DNA of 64,000 nucleotides from Protoeuglena noctilucae (lineage: Eukaryota): assembly GCA_958009085.1 (NCBI GenBank), contig OY253668.1, positions 744,001-808,000 on the forward strand, read 5' to 3'. The position numbers and the translations under genes are program-made. Positions 24,281-37,000 of this stretch are shown here, piece after piece. The notes under the pieces were generated by a model. The model saw only the letters and a list, made by a program, of their open reading frames with translations. It made no database searches and had not been told where the DNA came from. How positions within the stretch are numbered: position 1 is the stretch's first letter; each line of letters starts with the position of its first letter.

Positions 24281-26652
24281 ATGGCTGATGAAGACGTGAC
24301 GCGCTCTCTGCTCGCACGGCCACCCAAAGAAACATGCGAGGAATACTTCTCAGAGGCAAGGGATTGCGGGGAGCAGGCCATTCCCTGCGCGGAGGACGCT
24401 ACCAGGCAGTTGCGCAGCCGGCAGGCCGTCTTTGCGGCTCATTCCGCGCGATTTCCTCTTCGAGACCCGCAGATCGTCGGCCGTTTTGCGAAGGGCACCG
24501 TGAGAGTCACGGAAGACGTCGGAGGGGGCAAGGGAAGGGGAGTGGAGGCTGCACGGCGCCTGGCCGAGGGCGAGGTCGTGTTTGAGGAAGCCCCCGTCGC
24601 TGCCATCCAGCATTTCTCGAACGCCTCGCACGCTCTCGTGTGCGCTGCATGCTTCAGGTGCCCCACAGGCGCGCCAAACGCAAACAGCATTTGTCGTGCG
24701 AGTTGACCGCTCGTCCTGCAGGACCCCTGGTGCCTCCGGCTTCTGCAGGTTCCTTGGCACCGTCGAGTTACAAGCGGGCCGGCTGCTGCTGGCCCAGAGG
24801 ATGCGGGTTCTTGAGGAGCAGGGGACCGACGAGGCCCGTGCAGAGTTGGCGCGGATTGCCAAGCTCCTTGGGTGAGGTCCTTGCGCTTCACACGCCCCTG
24901 CGGCCGCCTGCGAGTCCCCGCGTGTGGTCTGGACGGCGCTGGCATCTCCGTTTGCCTGCAGGCCCCTGGCACAGTTCGTCCCAACAGGGGCGGAGGAGGA
25001 CGACTTGCAACCCTCGGAGGATGGGAGCGAGGGAGGAGAGGACGAGGGACAGTCGCAGCACAAACAGCCTTCTGTGGCGAGTCGCCTTTTGCATGCATGG
25101 GGACGCTCTCTTTGATCCCAGCTCTTGTGCGTCGGCGCATGGAGTCACTTCCTGCCCTCTGTGCTCTCCTCAGGACGAGCTGGTGGCGCTCTTTCTAGGT
25201 ACACGGTCGCTATCCGGCTCTTCATCCATCAACGCGCACCTCCCGCGCGTCTGGGTGTGCCCTGGCGGCTGCGCCCATCGCGCCTACTGCTCTTCGGAAT
25301 GCATGGCGTCCGACTGGCGCCACAGCCACCAGCTGCTCTGCCCAGGCCTGCCGGAGACAGTTAGGTCACGGGGTCCGCCCGCGCGGCCCGTGGCACTGAC
25401 GGGCGACAGCCATCCACCATGGCTGCAGGCGAGTCCCCGCTCCGGCCCTGGAAGTCAGTCATGTGCGCTGCTCGCTTCCTGTCAAAGCGTGGCCGCACAT
25501 AAAGGAGCGCACTATCTGGCTCTCCGCGCGGGAAATGTCGGCGATGGGCGAACCCTTGCGCGTCCTCTTGCTCAGGGCGACTGGGAGGCGTACCCCATCC
25601 ACGACGTGCGACGTTCGGTCCCAGCCGCGCGGTCGCTGCTCGATCTCGTGGGGGAGGCCAACGACACCTTGTACCTGGCGGCCGTCGTCGCAACCAACAC
25701 GGCCGCACGCGCCTCAGAGGCAATGGGAAGCGACCCCGGGCCGGGAGGGTCTGCGGCGGGGACGGCGCGCAGAAGCGCGGACCAGTGGCGCTCGGCGCTG
25801 CCCGCGGCGTTCCTCCCTTACGCTGTCGGCCACAAGCGGGCGTGGTGGGACCAGGTCACGCCTCCGAGCGATGTGGAGGACGAGGGGGATTTCCATGGGA
25901 GCCTGCGTGACATGGTGCAGGACCTATCGAGCATGATGCGGTGCGGGAAACGAATCGTTGGGGCATGTTGCCGTTGCATGTGGCAGCTCGGGGCGTCGCA
26001 CGCATGGCACGCAGACATGCGATCCGTCGTGCTGCCTGCCTGCAGGGCCCTTCTGCTGCCCCGCCATGGTGACGGCGTGGCTCCCCTTTGCGAGGGAGAG
26101 TTCCTCGGGAACCTCATGGGAATGTTTGAGCTCAACAACCTGACCGTCTTCGTCCCGGGAGTCCTGGGGCAGTGGGTGCAGAGCGCCACAAGCGAGGGCC
26201 GCAGCGGAGTGCCGGAGGAAGCCGGGGTCGCGGGCGAGAGGGCAACAAGTGCGGACCAAGCAGGGCTAGGGCCGGGGTCGGCGCAGGCGGACGCTGAGCT
26301 CGGATCGGCGGTGGCAGCGGCCCTGGCGCGACTGAGACCTGGCACGGGCGACTGTCAGGGTTCGGGCTTCTTTGCCCTTTACTCGTGCCTCAACCACTCG
26401 TGCGAGCCGAACGCCACGGCGGACAAGCTCTGGGGCGTGCCGGCGGACCAGGCATGGGACCAGGGGTCGGCTGGGGCGCCTGGGGCCTGGCGCGATGGCC
26501 GTGCGGTGGTGCGTGCATTGCGGGACATCGCTGAGAGCCAGGAGGTCTTGGTGAGCTACGTAGACGCGGACGAGCCTCCGGAGGACCGGGCCCGCGCCTT
26601 CCTCGACTATGGCTTCGAGTGCCGGTGTCCGCGCTGCCGGGCAGGACTGTGA
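24281..26652 (+). CDS. SET/MYND-domain (SMYD/ATXR2-like) lysine methyltransferase
   Basis: GKGRGVEA...EGEVVFEEAP, CAACFR, CPGGC...YCSSECMASDWRHSHQLLC, MFELNNL, SCLNHSCEPN, ALRDI...SYVD, YGFECRCPRC. Confidence 0.88.
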
Positions 26653-26789
26653 CACGCGCTGCTGTCCCCTCCATTCCGTGTGGTGCAAGTTGCACTTGAC
26701 GATTCGCGTCGCGCTCTCGAGCAAGATGCATAACCCTATGTGTCACGCAGACTGCGAAATCATTTCGGTTGAAGCTGCCTAATACGCCG

Positions 26790-27676
26790 CTAGTCGACAC
26801 GGCACGTGAGCCCCGGCCCGCCCCCGTTGTAGAACTGCCCGACCCACCGGTGCCCCCCCTTGTCCGTGTACGTCCCCTGCCCGTGCATCAAGTTGTCCTT
26901 CCACTCCCCAACGTACATGCGCCCATCCGCCCACACGTACGTCCCCTTCCCGTGGTACTTGCCGTTGAGGAACTGGCCCTCGTACCACGCCCCGCTCGCG
27001 AACGTGAACTTGCCCGCGCCCGTCATCTTGTCGTCCTGCCACTCCCCGTCGTACCTGTAGTCCCCGTCAATCAAGAGACCCTTCCCATGCCGGAACTGCG
27101 AGGGCAGGGTCGTCGTTCCGTGCGGCTCCGACAATTTGCGAACCACAAAGCACCGACAGAGATGTATAGTGCATTAAAGACGCGATCATGGTACTCGGGG
27201 CAGGCGGTTCAGCTTTCGGGCGTCCGGGCGCGGGCCTCACAGGCGCGCACGTACCTTGGGGCGCACCTCGCCCTCCGGTACCTCCGTCTCCCCGTCCTTC
27301 AGCTTCGGTAGGTAGTGGCCCTCGTAAATGGCACCGTTGGGGTAGTAAAACTTGCCAAAGATGGGCTCCCGAGGAGGCTGCGAGCAAGAGAGCGCTAGAT
27401 GCTGATGGGCCCCGCAATCGCCGCCCAAGCGACAGGGCGCACGTAGCCCTTAAGAACGAGTTGCTAGAAGACAGGATAGTCGAAGACGCTTGTAGGATGC
27501 GACGCGGAACCCGCGACACACGGAGGAGGGCATGCGGGAACACAACATGCAGAGGAAGGTGCAGCGCCAGGGCCGAGGCCCAAGCAGTCGGCTATGCATT
27601 GGTGGAGCAAGGGTTCGAAAGTGACGCTCACCAGGTCCTCCTCGGGCGGAGGCTCCACTGGCTTCTTCGGCGGCAT
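26790..27676 (-). CDS. Small MORN-repeat protein (MORN2-like)
   Basis: Repeated YxGxWxxxxMxGxGxY units (YDGEWQDDKMTGAG, YEGQFLNGKYHGKG, YVGEWKDNLMHGQG); 3 exons. Confidence 0.85.
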
Positions 27677-27947
27677 CACAGACCCCTGTCCTGGACCCTT
27701 GCGTTGATTGTACGCGACGTCGTCACTTCTGGAAGTTGTTTACGGGTTCCACTCGCACCAGTGCAACCAGGCCCTACGCTTTCAAGCCACTGAGGAGGAG
27801 CAGGCTGAGGATGCCAACAGGCACGCCAGTCTGCTACGACAGGCAAATCTAATCGCGTTCATCTTACACAGAAAACGCATCCAGGATGTGTCGTGGACGT
27901 GCTCGAGCCGAAAATGCTCTGCGCACTGGTCTCCTGCCGAGTGCGCC

Positions 27948-30900
27948 TTACTTGCGACCCCTGGGACTGAGGCGCTCGCTGTCCGCGTCACTCAGCTCAA
28001 CAGCCTCGAACTCCGCATGGTCCCAACGCTCTCCCGGACGGGATACAGGGTTGACGCCATCGACCCCGCTGCCCGCTCTGTGGGCCTTCTTGCCCACCAC
28101 AGGCATCCTCACAGTGCTAACCGCCTTGGGGGCTTTGGCACCCGCGGGCCCACGGCTCTCTCTGCCTGGGAGTAAGGCAAGACGATTGAGAGCGCGTCGC
28201 GTTCAAATCGATGCTCCTGAACTGTAGACACATATATCAAGGGTCATGAGCAAGCCAGAACCAACACGTGGAGGGTGCTGCGTGTTACTGAAGTAGCACT
28301 TCGGTAACTGGATAGGAACGTCTCTGTAACTCCCTCACGAACCCTTGTCACGAGAGGGCCCCGCCGCTCCCATTCCCATTCTTCCGCAGGCGAGGGGGCA
28401 GGACGGCCACCGAGCACCGCGCCACACCTGGGCCTGCATGCGCGTGCCCCTCCGTGCCAGACGAACCGTACGTCAGGTGCGTGTGGGGCGCCTGGTGGTG
28501 CGGGTGATCGCGGTGCTCCTGGGCGTGGCGCGGGCCCGCGTCGTAACCCCGAGGCCCATGCCACGATCCCCCGCCCGGGGACCGCCGCGCCCCCTCCGCC
28601 AGCTCCTCCACCACAGGACCCGCGACCCGGGCGTCCACTGCCCTGGCGCACTCCCGGTCTCGATGGTACGTGAGGTGCAGGAGCGAGTAGAAGACGAGGC
28701 ACAGGGCCCACGGCACCTCCAGGCACACCAGCAGGGCATTGCCGAGGGCCTCGGCGTTGTGGCGGAGGTGAGCGGTGGGCGTCAGCGACCCCATCTCAGC
28801 CAGCGTGCCGTCAAAGGAGAAGATGCCCTGCGCCAGGAGACCTACGACAGGGGCGGCGCTGGGGGGGCGGGGCGGGGACGAAAATGCGATGGGTGGAGCA
28901 GTCTTAACTTGCGGCGCAAAAAAATGGTCGAGTCCTTGCGGGCAGGCCACCCCTAACTGAGCCTGCGCAGCTCACTCGAGACATCCTGCTAGCAAACTCT
29001 CTCACCCCACCCCAGGCCCTTGTGTTGTCAGCTCACCTGGCAGCAATGGCTCCCTCGAAGGACCGGTCAAAAGCGTAGATGGTCGACCGCATGTGCTCCG
29101 GCACGATCTCGGCGAACATGGGGCTGTTGCAGGCGGGCGCCGCCCAGCTGATGCAGAGCCCGAAGACGAAGAGGACCGAGCCGTAAAGGAACCCCACGCC
29201 CGAGGCACTCACGTCGTCACGGGGGAGGCCCTTGAGGACGAGCGCGGAGAGGGGCAGCCCCGCGGCGACGCTGATCTGCGCGGCCAGCGTGCGGCCGTGG
29301 TTCGGGGACCATCGGGCCAAGTGGTCCCCCACAAAGCCACCCAGGAGGCCACCCAGGGCGGCACCGGTGGCAAAGACCGCCATGAGGACTGCCGCCGTCA
29401 GGTCGCTGAACCCGAGGAGCTGGAGCCAGAGGGTGAAGAAGACCATGGCGTTCCATGGAGTGCTGCCCACGATGCCTTGCAGCACGATGACCTGCGGGGT
29501 GACGACCGTGTGCATATGGGTGGCGTGCCTGTGTGGGGCGACCCATGGGGATGGCTGCACGCGCAGCACGGAGTGTGGGATGGCAAGAGGCATAGCTTCG
29601 TTCTCTCGCAGCTGCCGCGGACACCACTGGCAGCCCCACATTGCCTTGCAGCACAGCACGAATTGCCCCCATTGAGAATGACCTGGAAGGTGCGGATGCG
29701 CAGGATCCACATCACATCCGCCCACGTGACCCTCTGCTTCGTTTTGGGCACCAGCGCGCCCTCCCCCAGCAGCTGCCTGTCCCCTGAGCCCCGCCCCCGG
29801 CGCCCCCCCGGTCCGCCCCTCCCGCACTGCCTGACGGAGACAGCAGCCTCTCCTCGTCACTCTGCGATCTCAACAAGCAGGCTCGCCATCAGCAAGGCAA
29901 GCGCACTTGTGTGACCACCGTGTGCTGATCAACAACGCCGCCTGCGCCCTCACGTGGCCCCCTTCGCCATCACCGCCTTTGGCCCTCGCCGGAGCCCCGC
30001 CCTCGGCCTTGCCTCCTCGCCCGCCCTTCGACGCACGCGCCGCCCCCTCGCCCTCCTCTGCTCGCCCCTCCCCCGCACTCGCCAAGTCCGGGTCTTGTGT
30101 AGGGACGGGCCTGCAAAGAGCGATCACGAGTCTCAGCTTCTTACAAGCACATGTCGCGCTCAATGCAGCACACATATGATGCTCAGGGAAGCACATGGCG
30201 CGTGAAAAGGCCCCCCAGGTGTCACCGGAAGCGCGGCATGAAGAGGCACTTGTAGCGCTCCAGCTCCCCCGGGTATCGAAGGTCGGCTCCGAAGAAAAGG
30301 ACGCAGACGCCCGTCACAAGAGACACGAGACCGACCTGCAGGCACAGCCACAAGGCATGCGCTAGTTGTGATGGCTCGTGGGTGCAGTGGAGAAAGACTG
30401 CTCCAGCTCTCTGCACCCAGGCCCTCACCATGCTGCGCCACGCGCCAGCCCTCCCACTTGTTGCCGGGGATCGGAAGCCACGGCGACCCGAAGAACAAAC
30501 CCCCTATGTTTGTACCCTGCATCACCCAACGGAGAGAGCGGCTTCGGGGTGCAGCGGGTCGTCTTGAACCGACACCCCCCTGCCCGTCATCGCTGCTTGC
30601 CGCACTCACGTAGAAGCCCCCCAACATGCCCCCGACGGCCCCAGTGAGGTACATCCACCCAAAGGCCTTGCCCCGCCCCCCAGGGTAGTAGTCGGCCAGC
30701 AGGGACTGGCTCGACGGGATGACCGCGGCCAGACCCAAGCCCTGCCAGCAAACGCATCGATAAAGGGGTTGGCTTGCCCCTGGTCGCCCCGCCGTTCGGC
30801 CGCGCGCGCCAACACCCTCGCCCAGCAAGTGCCGAGCAGCGCAGGGCTCGCGCGCGCGGGCGTGACTTTGCCGGGCGAGCGGTATCGTCGACATCATGAG

Positions 30901-31512
30901 AAGCGACTCACGTTCAGCGCCCAGCAGACCAGCGCCTGCTTGTAGCCCCGCCGGCCGGGGGAAATCGCCGCGATGCCGCAGGTGATGGCGCCCCACCACA
31001 GGCACCCGACGCCCACGATGGTCTTCCGGTTCATGAAGTCTCCGAGCATGCCGGACAGCGGCGAGGACAGGGCCTGAACCAAGGCCCGGCAGAGGACGAG
31101 CATGCCGAGGTCCGAGGGGCGCGCGGCGAGCGTCCGCCCGATGAACGCGTACACGGAAGGCAGCACCTGCGCGGGCCTCCGACACGTCTCTCGCGGGGAT
31201 AACGAGCCACGACATGCCCGCGCGCTCGGCCGGCGAGCCCCTCCGGGCGCGGGGGGGGAGAAGTCACACGTCGCGGGGCGAGTCCGGGCCCGTCGAACGG
31301 CAGCGAGCCGTGCGCCGAGCTAGTCTCCGAGAAATCGCATAAGTAAAGGCCGAGGACGCAGTCTTGGGGAGTCTGGCTCGCAGGAGCGACCAATTCGGGC
31401 GCGCACCGATCCCCACCTGCTCATCCGCCCTCTCCATGACGCTTGCGGCATTCACGAGCACCGTTGTTGCCAGACGGGCGCGGTCGCGCGCCTGGTCGTC
31501 TACGCTCGCCAT
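27948..31512 (-). CDS. Major facilitator superfamily transporter (plant Spinster-like type)
   Basis: VNAASVMERADEQ|VLPSVY, QSLLADYYPGGRGKAFG, VIVLQGIVGSTPW, PACNSPMFAEIVP...IYAFDRSFEG, NAEALGNAL. Last exon 28166-27948 joins in phase 1. Confidence 0.88.
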
Positions 31513-31713
31513 CGCCACGCTTCCTCCCCCTCCCGCGCATTCACGAGACCGTTTGCGAGCCAAGGACTGACGGAGTCGAGCGACTGGAACGAAAAGAGGG
31601 ATGCTTTGCACGCCACTAGCGAGCTGCCGTGCAGGATTGCGCAAAAAACGTGGCAGTCAGAAAACAGCGTGCACGCCAGTTCTGCCCTTGCAGCACACGC
31701 CTCCTCAGATTCA

Positions 31714-32685
31714 CATCTGGGCCACGAGGACCGCTGTTGTGTGAGCCGCGGTGACGTGGCCCACCTCGAGCGGGACCTGAACTCGCTTGTGGTTCCTCGT
31801 TGCTGAGAGGGAGAAAGCGACCTTGGCGCGAAAGTGAAAAGCCTCAGTAGCGACGTGAGGGCCCTCCACGGCGGGGTCAGAGGAATTCACGGGACGAGTG
31901 AGGGAGAGCTTGAGGCCGCCGGTCGGGGCATAGGCAGCGCACTCGCGTGGGAAGGTGTAGGCCACCCGGACGCCGTCAGCAGGGAGGGAAGTCCCGGAGG
32001 GAAAAGAGAAGTAGCCCTTTAACTTGAGGACCCCAGGCTGGACGTACGGCGGGGGTCGAAGGACGAGGTCGGACGCCTGGATGGTGGGCACAAGGGGCTG
32101 CAGAGCATTCGCGATGGCCAGGCGAAGCCCCCGCTGGATGGCGGAGGGGAGAACATTGGTGGATCGCCCCCCGGTCTTGATGAGGATCTCGAACACGAAG
32201 TCTTGGATGTGGTAATCGAGGTCAGGAAGTTCAGCGTCGACGTCATCTGGGAGGACCTTGTCAAGCGCCGCGAACACATCGTCGAAGTTGCGGACAGGAG
32301 TCTGGAAGGGGTCTTCAGTCTCGCCATTTGGGGAGTCCATCCGAGCATCCTGAGCTTGGTTTGCTGTACCATCCCGCCTGGAGCGTTTCAGATTGGGCGA
32401 CGCAGGCGTCCTAGAGCCCTCAGCGGCCGTTTCATGGGCGTCTGCAGAGTAAAGGAAGCTGCTGGTAGGCAGATGTTGGCGTCGGGTCCACCCGCCGTAC
32501 CGGGAGGTCTGCTTAACAACAGGGCGGGAGGGGAGACTCGGCAGCGCTGGGCGTGTTAGGTCTGTACCTTTCTGCGGTTTATTTCCAGGAGTGGAGGCGT
32601 CGGTCATAGTCGCGGCAATGCACAAGTGGTCCGTGGGCTGCAAGAGCGTGAGATTGCGTTGGCATGTAAGGGGATCAGACGCCAT
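31714..32685 (-). pseudogene. LINE ORF1, N-terminal half, lying in the inverted segment
   Basis: Intronless >320-codon ORF with the same C-rich composition as the element's sense strand; ends ...VLVAQM exactly at the element boundary, with its TGA supplied by flanking DNA. Confidence 0.65.
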
Positions 32686-32807
32686 TGTAGGGGGCCGCAG
32701 AGGCCCGGAGAAGGGCACAGAGGCCACGATGTTTTTGAAAAGCGCAACGAGGCGCGGAGTAGTCGAAAGGCGGGGCCCCGGGGTGTCCCCGGGGGTGGGG
32801 AGGGGTA

Positions 32808-32992
32808 CGCGCACGCGAGCCCTCCCCCCCGCCGCCAGGCCGGACGGCATCACCACACTCTAACCGAGCATGGTGACGGCCCGCCGGCCTGGTCGGGTCG
32901 CCGCGTGCGCGGGGCGGAGGAGCTCACCTACCACACCTACTGTGCATGCACTGGGGGAGATAGGGTTGGTCTTCGCAAGTTTCCTTGCGAAG
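32808..32992 (-). other. Predicted structured RNA in the LINE 5'UTR (long stem-loop, possible pseudoknot, GAAA-capped hairpin)
   Basis: Inverted repeats 32835-32843/32884-32892, 32808-32817/32902-32911, 32817-32831/32910-32925 (imperfect) and perfect CTTCGCAAG-GAAA-CTTGCGAAG at 32971-32992. Confidence 0.5.
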
Positions 32993-33008
32993 TTTTTCGA
33001 AGTGAATT

Positions 33009-34006
33009 ATGCTCTTTTCCTCCTGGAACCAGGTGGTTCAGTTTGCCACTGGCCTCTCCGCTATAGCTCCCTCCGCTGTCTCCACTGAAGCCGTGCGCGC
33101 CCTTCTCACTACGCTGGGGATGCCGACCGCACTGGTCACTGTCCTCTACACTCTGTGTCCCGACGGGCCTGACCGGGTAGGCTGCGACGTTGCCATCAAG
33201 TGGCTCAACAGCATTCGCAAGAGTGTGGTAGACACCATGACCCACCCCCGGGCGACTAATGCCTCTTTCGTTTGCTTCGGCCCCTCCCTCCACTTCTCGG
33301 CAGATATCCTGAACCCCGGGGCTTTTTCCAGACGTGGCTCCGCTGCCTCATCCCCCCTCCCTCCCTGGACACGTTTACCAACCACCTGGTGCTCGTGCAG
33401 AGTGAGGGCCGCCAGGGCCGGGATTCCTTCTTGGCCGAAGTTTACACCGCTACCTCTTGCAACGGACACGGGGCCATGCGCCAAGCCCACTTGCCCGCCT
33501 TCTGCCCCTCCGGCTGCATCACAGCCCTCACTGCATCTCTGGCAAAGCCCTACGTCGTTTCCACCTTGCTTAGTGAACGCCAGACCCTTCGCTCGCTGTG
33601 CCGCCCCTACACTGGTAGCTTCGTGGCTGGGTGCTTCTCCTGCGACCTGTGCCTCGCCAAAAACGCTGCGGCTGCCACCGCTCACCAGGCTGGCCTGGAC
33701 TACGCTGCCACCCTGGACCTGCAAGCCAAAGATAACATCGCCAAGCTTTTCTCGCTAACTACTGGCGCTGCCTCTGACCCCCTGTCTGGCACCGTCAAAG
33801 GCCTGGCCATCGATGCCCGCAAGGTCCTTTTCTGCCCCAAAGCGTCCAAACCGCCCCCCTCTCTCCTTCTGGGCCTCTCGGGTGTTGCTAGTCACCTCCA
33901 CGACCACCACAGTGACCAGTGTGACAAGAACAAAGCGATCACCCTCAAGCAGTACACTAGGGGCTCTGTTTCCCTGTCCAACCTCATGCAAGTTTGGTTC
34001 CCGTGA
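33009..34006 (+). pseudogene. LINE ORF1, C-terminal half (one frameshift near 33320), Cys/His-rich
   Basis: MLFSSWNQVVQF...; after the shift, CNGH, CFSCDLC and CPK...HLHDHHSDQC; TGA at 34004-34006 overlaps the next ATG. Confidence 0.6.
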
Positions 34007-37000
34007 TGGTGACAACGCGTAATGCAGCAAAGCGCTTGCGCCTCCTACCCACCTCCCCAGTTGAAAACCACACCCCCCATGGGGGATCGGGTCCCCACTC
34101 AGGTCCCCCCCTGACATTGAGCCCCACAAATGGGCACAGGAATGGACCACCACCTAGGGCTGCAGCGCCCACGCGATCTTCCTTTGTCAGCTGCACCCCT
34201 CAACAGGGCACTTGTCCCCATTCCCCTCCACTCACCCGGCCTGGCCAACCTCACTGCCCTCACTCTCAACCTCAATGGTAACTTCCTCATGAAACAGGAG
34301 GCGCTGCTTGGCCTTATCCAGGCGCACCCCCACACATGGCTGGCTCCCCCCGCTTCCTTTGTCTTCCTCCAAGAGCTCAAAACTGAGCTGGATTAGCCCC
34401 CCGCCGCCTTTGCGTCCCTCGCGCGCCTCAGCCACCACGTGTGGCGCATGGGGCCCTCAGCCCATCGGGCTGGGGTGGCCATCCTCGTTTGCAACCAGCC
34501 TGGCTCCCACCTTCTCCACACCTGGACCGAACCTGACACTGCTCGCCTCACTGGCTTCGTGGCCCGCCTCGATGTCAAAGTAGCCAGCCGCCACTACACC
34601 CTCGTCAACGTGTACATGCCCCAAGACGCTGCTGACAAAGACTACGTCCTCTCCAGCCTCCTCCCTGACGGCCTCGCATCCCACGAACTCGGCCTGGTCC
34701 TCATGGGTGGGGACTGGAACATGGTCCTCGCAGCAGACATGGCTGCCTCGTCCTCGAACCACCAGGCCACCTCTGAGGTGCAGACGACCTTGCGAAAGAA
34801 GCTGCAAGCCCAAATCGAGGTTCTGGGCCTCATTGATGCCGGGGAGCAGGACCACAACAAGCCATTTGCAGTCCCCACGCGCCGGCACATGGCCCATGAC
34901 AAGTCGTGGAAGAACCGACTCGACCGTCTCTACGTTCCTCGGGACCAGCCCGCTGCCCTCCGCACGGAACACTCTGATGCCACCGCTCGCATCCACGCTG
35001 CCAACATTGCCCTCTCTGACCATGCCCCTGTTTACTTTCCTGCGCGACACCCCCCGCACCTCTCTCCGGCACCCCGCCAACATCCACCCGCACACGTCCT
35101 TCCTCGTGGAGGAGATTCGCCAGATGGTCGAGCCCCTGCAGGAAGCAGCTGTGTCCTCTGCCATCCTGGCCCATCCCGGGCCCGCCGCTCCCCCCAGCAC
35201 CGCCAAGCGCTGGGTCCAGCAGACAGCCAATGGCATCCAGGAGATCTCTCGACACTGGTATGCACACCAGTCCCAGTACATCAACCAGCGGAAGCAGCAG
35301 CTCCGGCTTCTGCGGGAGCAGTACTTTACAGCCGTGCGTGACGGCGAAGACGCCACTGCGTTCTGGTCCCAAATCCTCGATTACTACCAACATGCCCTAG
35401 CTAACCTCGACCGGCAGAACAAGACCCGGTCCTTTGATGTGCCGGCCTCAGCTCTCCCCCATGCCCTTCAGCCTGCCAGAGATAAGCCCTCCCCGCCAGC
35501 CACCAGCGTCAGAGATGGTGACGGCCAGCTCCTCTCCGAACCTGCTCTGGTCGAGGAGACCCTTGTGGACCACTTTAAGACGGTGGGGCAACCCACATCC
35601 CGCGATCCAGCTGCCCAGCAGCACGTGCTGGAGGTCCTCCAGAACTCTGGGCGCACGCTCACTGACCAGGAGCAGCAGAGCATTGATGCAACCATCACCG
35701 CGGAAGAGGTCCTTGCGGCCATCCACTCCTTCAAGCCTGAAAGCGCCACGGTGCCCATGGGCCTGCTGCCTGGCCTGTACCAGCGCTATGCCCACCTATA
35801 CGCCCCACTCCTCACTCTCCTTCTCAACACCATCCAGCAGACGGGTTTTATGCCCGCCTGCTTCCTTAACAGCACTGTCACTCTCATTCCTAAGCTCCCC
35901 AAAGCCACGGACTGCAAGCCCTCGGACTTCCGGCCCATCTCAGTCAATGATGCGGTCTACCGCGTCCTCGCTAAGGTGCTCAACACCCGGCTGCGCCCCG
36001 TCCTCCAACGCATCATCCCCCTCAGCCAGCAGGCCTTCATCAAGGGCCGATGCATCTCACGATGCGTGTACCTCACCCGCGCCACCCTGGAACTCTTCGA
36101 CCAGTCGGACGAGGGGTGCTTCATTATCTTCAATGACTTTGCCAATGCCTATGACACAGTCGACCGGCCCTTCCTCAGACGCATCCTCGAGACCTTGCGC
36201 TTTGGGGGAAACGTTCTGCACCTGGTTTGACATCATGCACACCCCCTCAGCCACCTACCAGCTCAAGCTGGGTCACGGTCTCAGCCGTGGTTACAGTGTC
36301 TCCACGGGCGTCCGCCAGGGCTGCCCGCTCGCCCCCTCCCTTTTCATCCTTGTGGCGCTCGCGCTCCACGAGCTGGTCGCCTCCAACCCCGACATCAAGG
36401 GCCTCCCGGTACCGGGACCCAACAAGCCCCCCCTCTACGCTTTCCGCACCGATAAACGGCTGGCCCAGGAGAGCCTCATCAGCCAATTTGCAGACGACAC
36501 CGAGTTCGTGCAGGCCACAGTGCAATCCATGCACAACTTATTCCAGGCTTTGGAAACCTTTCACCAGGCAACTGGTCTGCGCTCCAACCCCGCCAAGACG
36601 GGCATCCTTCCAGCTGGAAAGTGGAACACGGATCCAGCAGCGCTCCACCTGCACCTCACTGCTGCCCAGGCCCAGGGCCTCGACACGCTAATCTATGACC
36701 ATGCCCAGCAACGCTGGAAGCTCGATGGCTACTGGATTACCCCGCCTGGGGGAGAACCAGTAGCGCCAGTGAAATACCTGGGCACGCTCATGGGACCCAC
36801 AGGGATCGTCCCGACCGACTACTCATCCTTCGTGGCAAGCATCTATACACAACTCCTTCGCCTCCGGCAAACGATATCCCTCTGCTTCATCGGTGGAAAA
36901 CTGTCAAAACGTTTGTGCTGTCACGCCTCATCTACGCGACCACGCACTGCCCCATGGATTTTTCGCCAGGGAAGCCTGGTGCCCCGCTCCTTCGCTACAT

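Noticed and set aside
27708..28227. Plus-strand ORFs between MORN and MFS
   Set aside because: The region is accounted for by the last MFS exon on the minus strand (28166-27948).
31711..32856. Independent host gene or ORF0-like antisense gene next to the LINE
   Set aside because: Better explained as the inverted 5' half of ORF1 (in-frame join at ATG, TSD, skew, strand-specific G-U pairs).
34394..34396. TAG read as Gln (alternative nuclear code as in some ulvophytes)
   Set aside because: TAA/TAG terminate MRS2-2, MFS and MORN at expected positions, and no in-frame TAR was seen in conserved exons.
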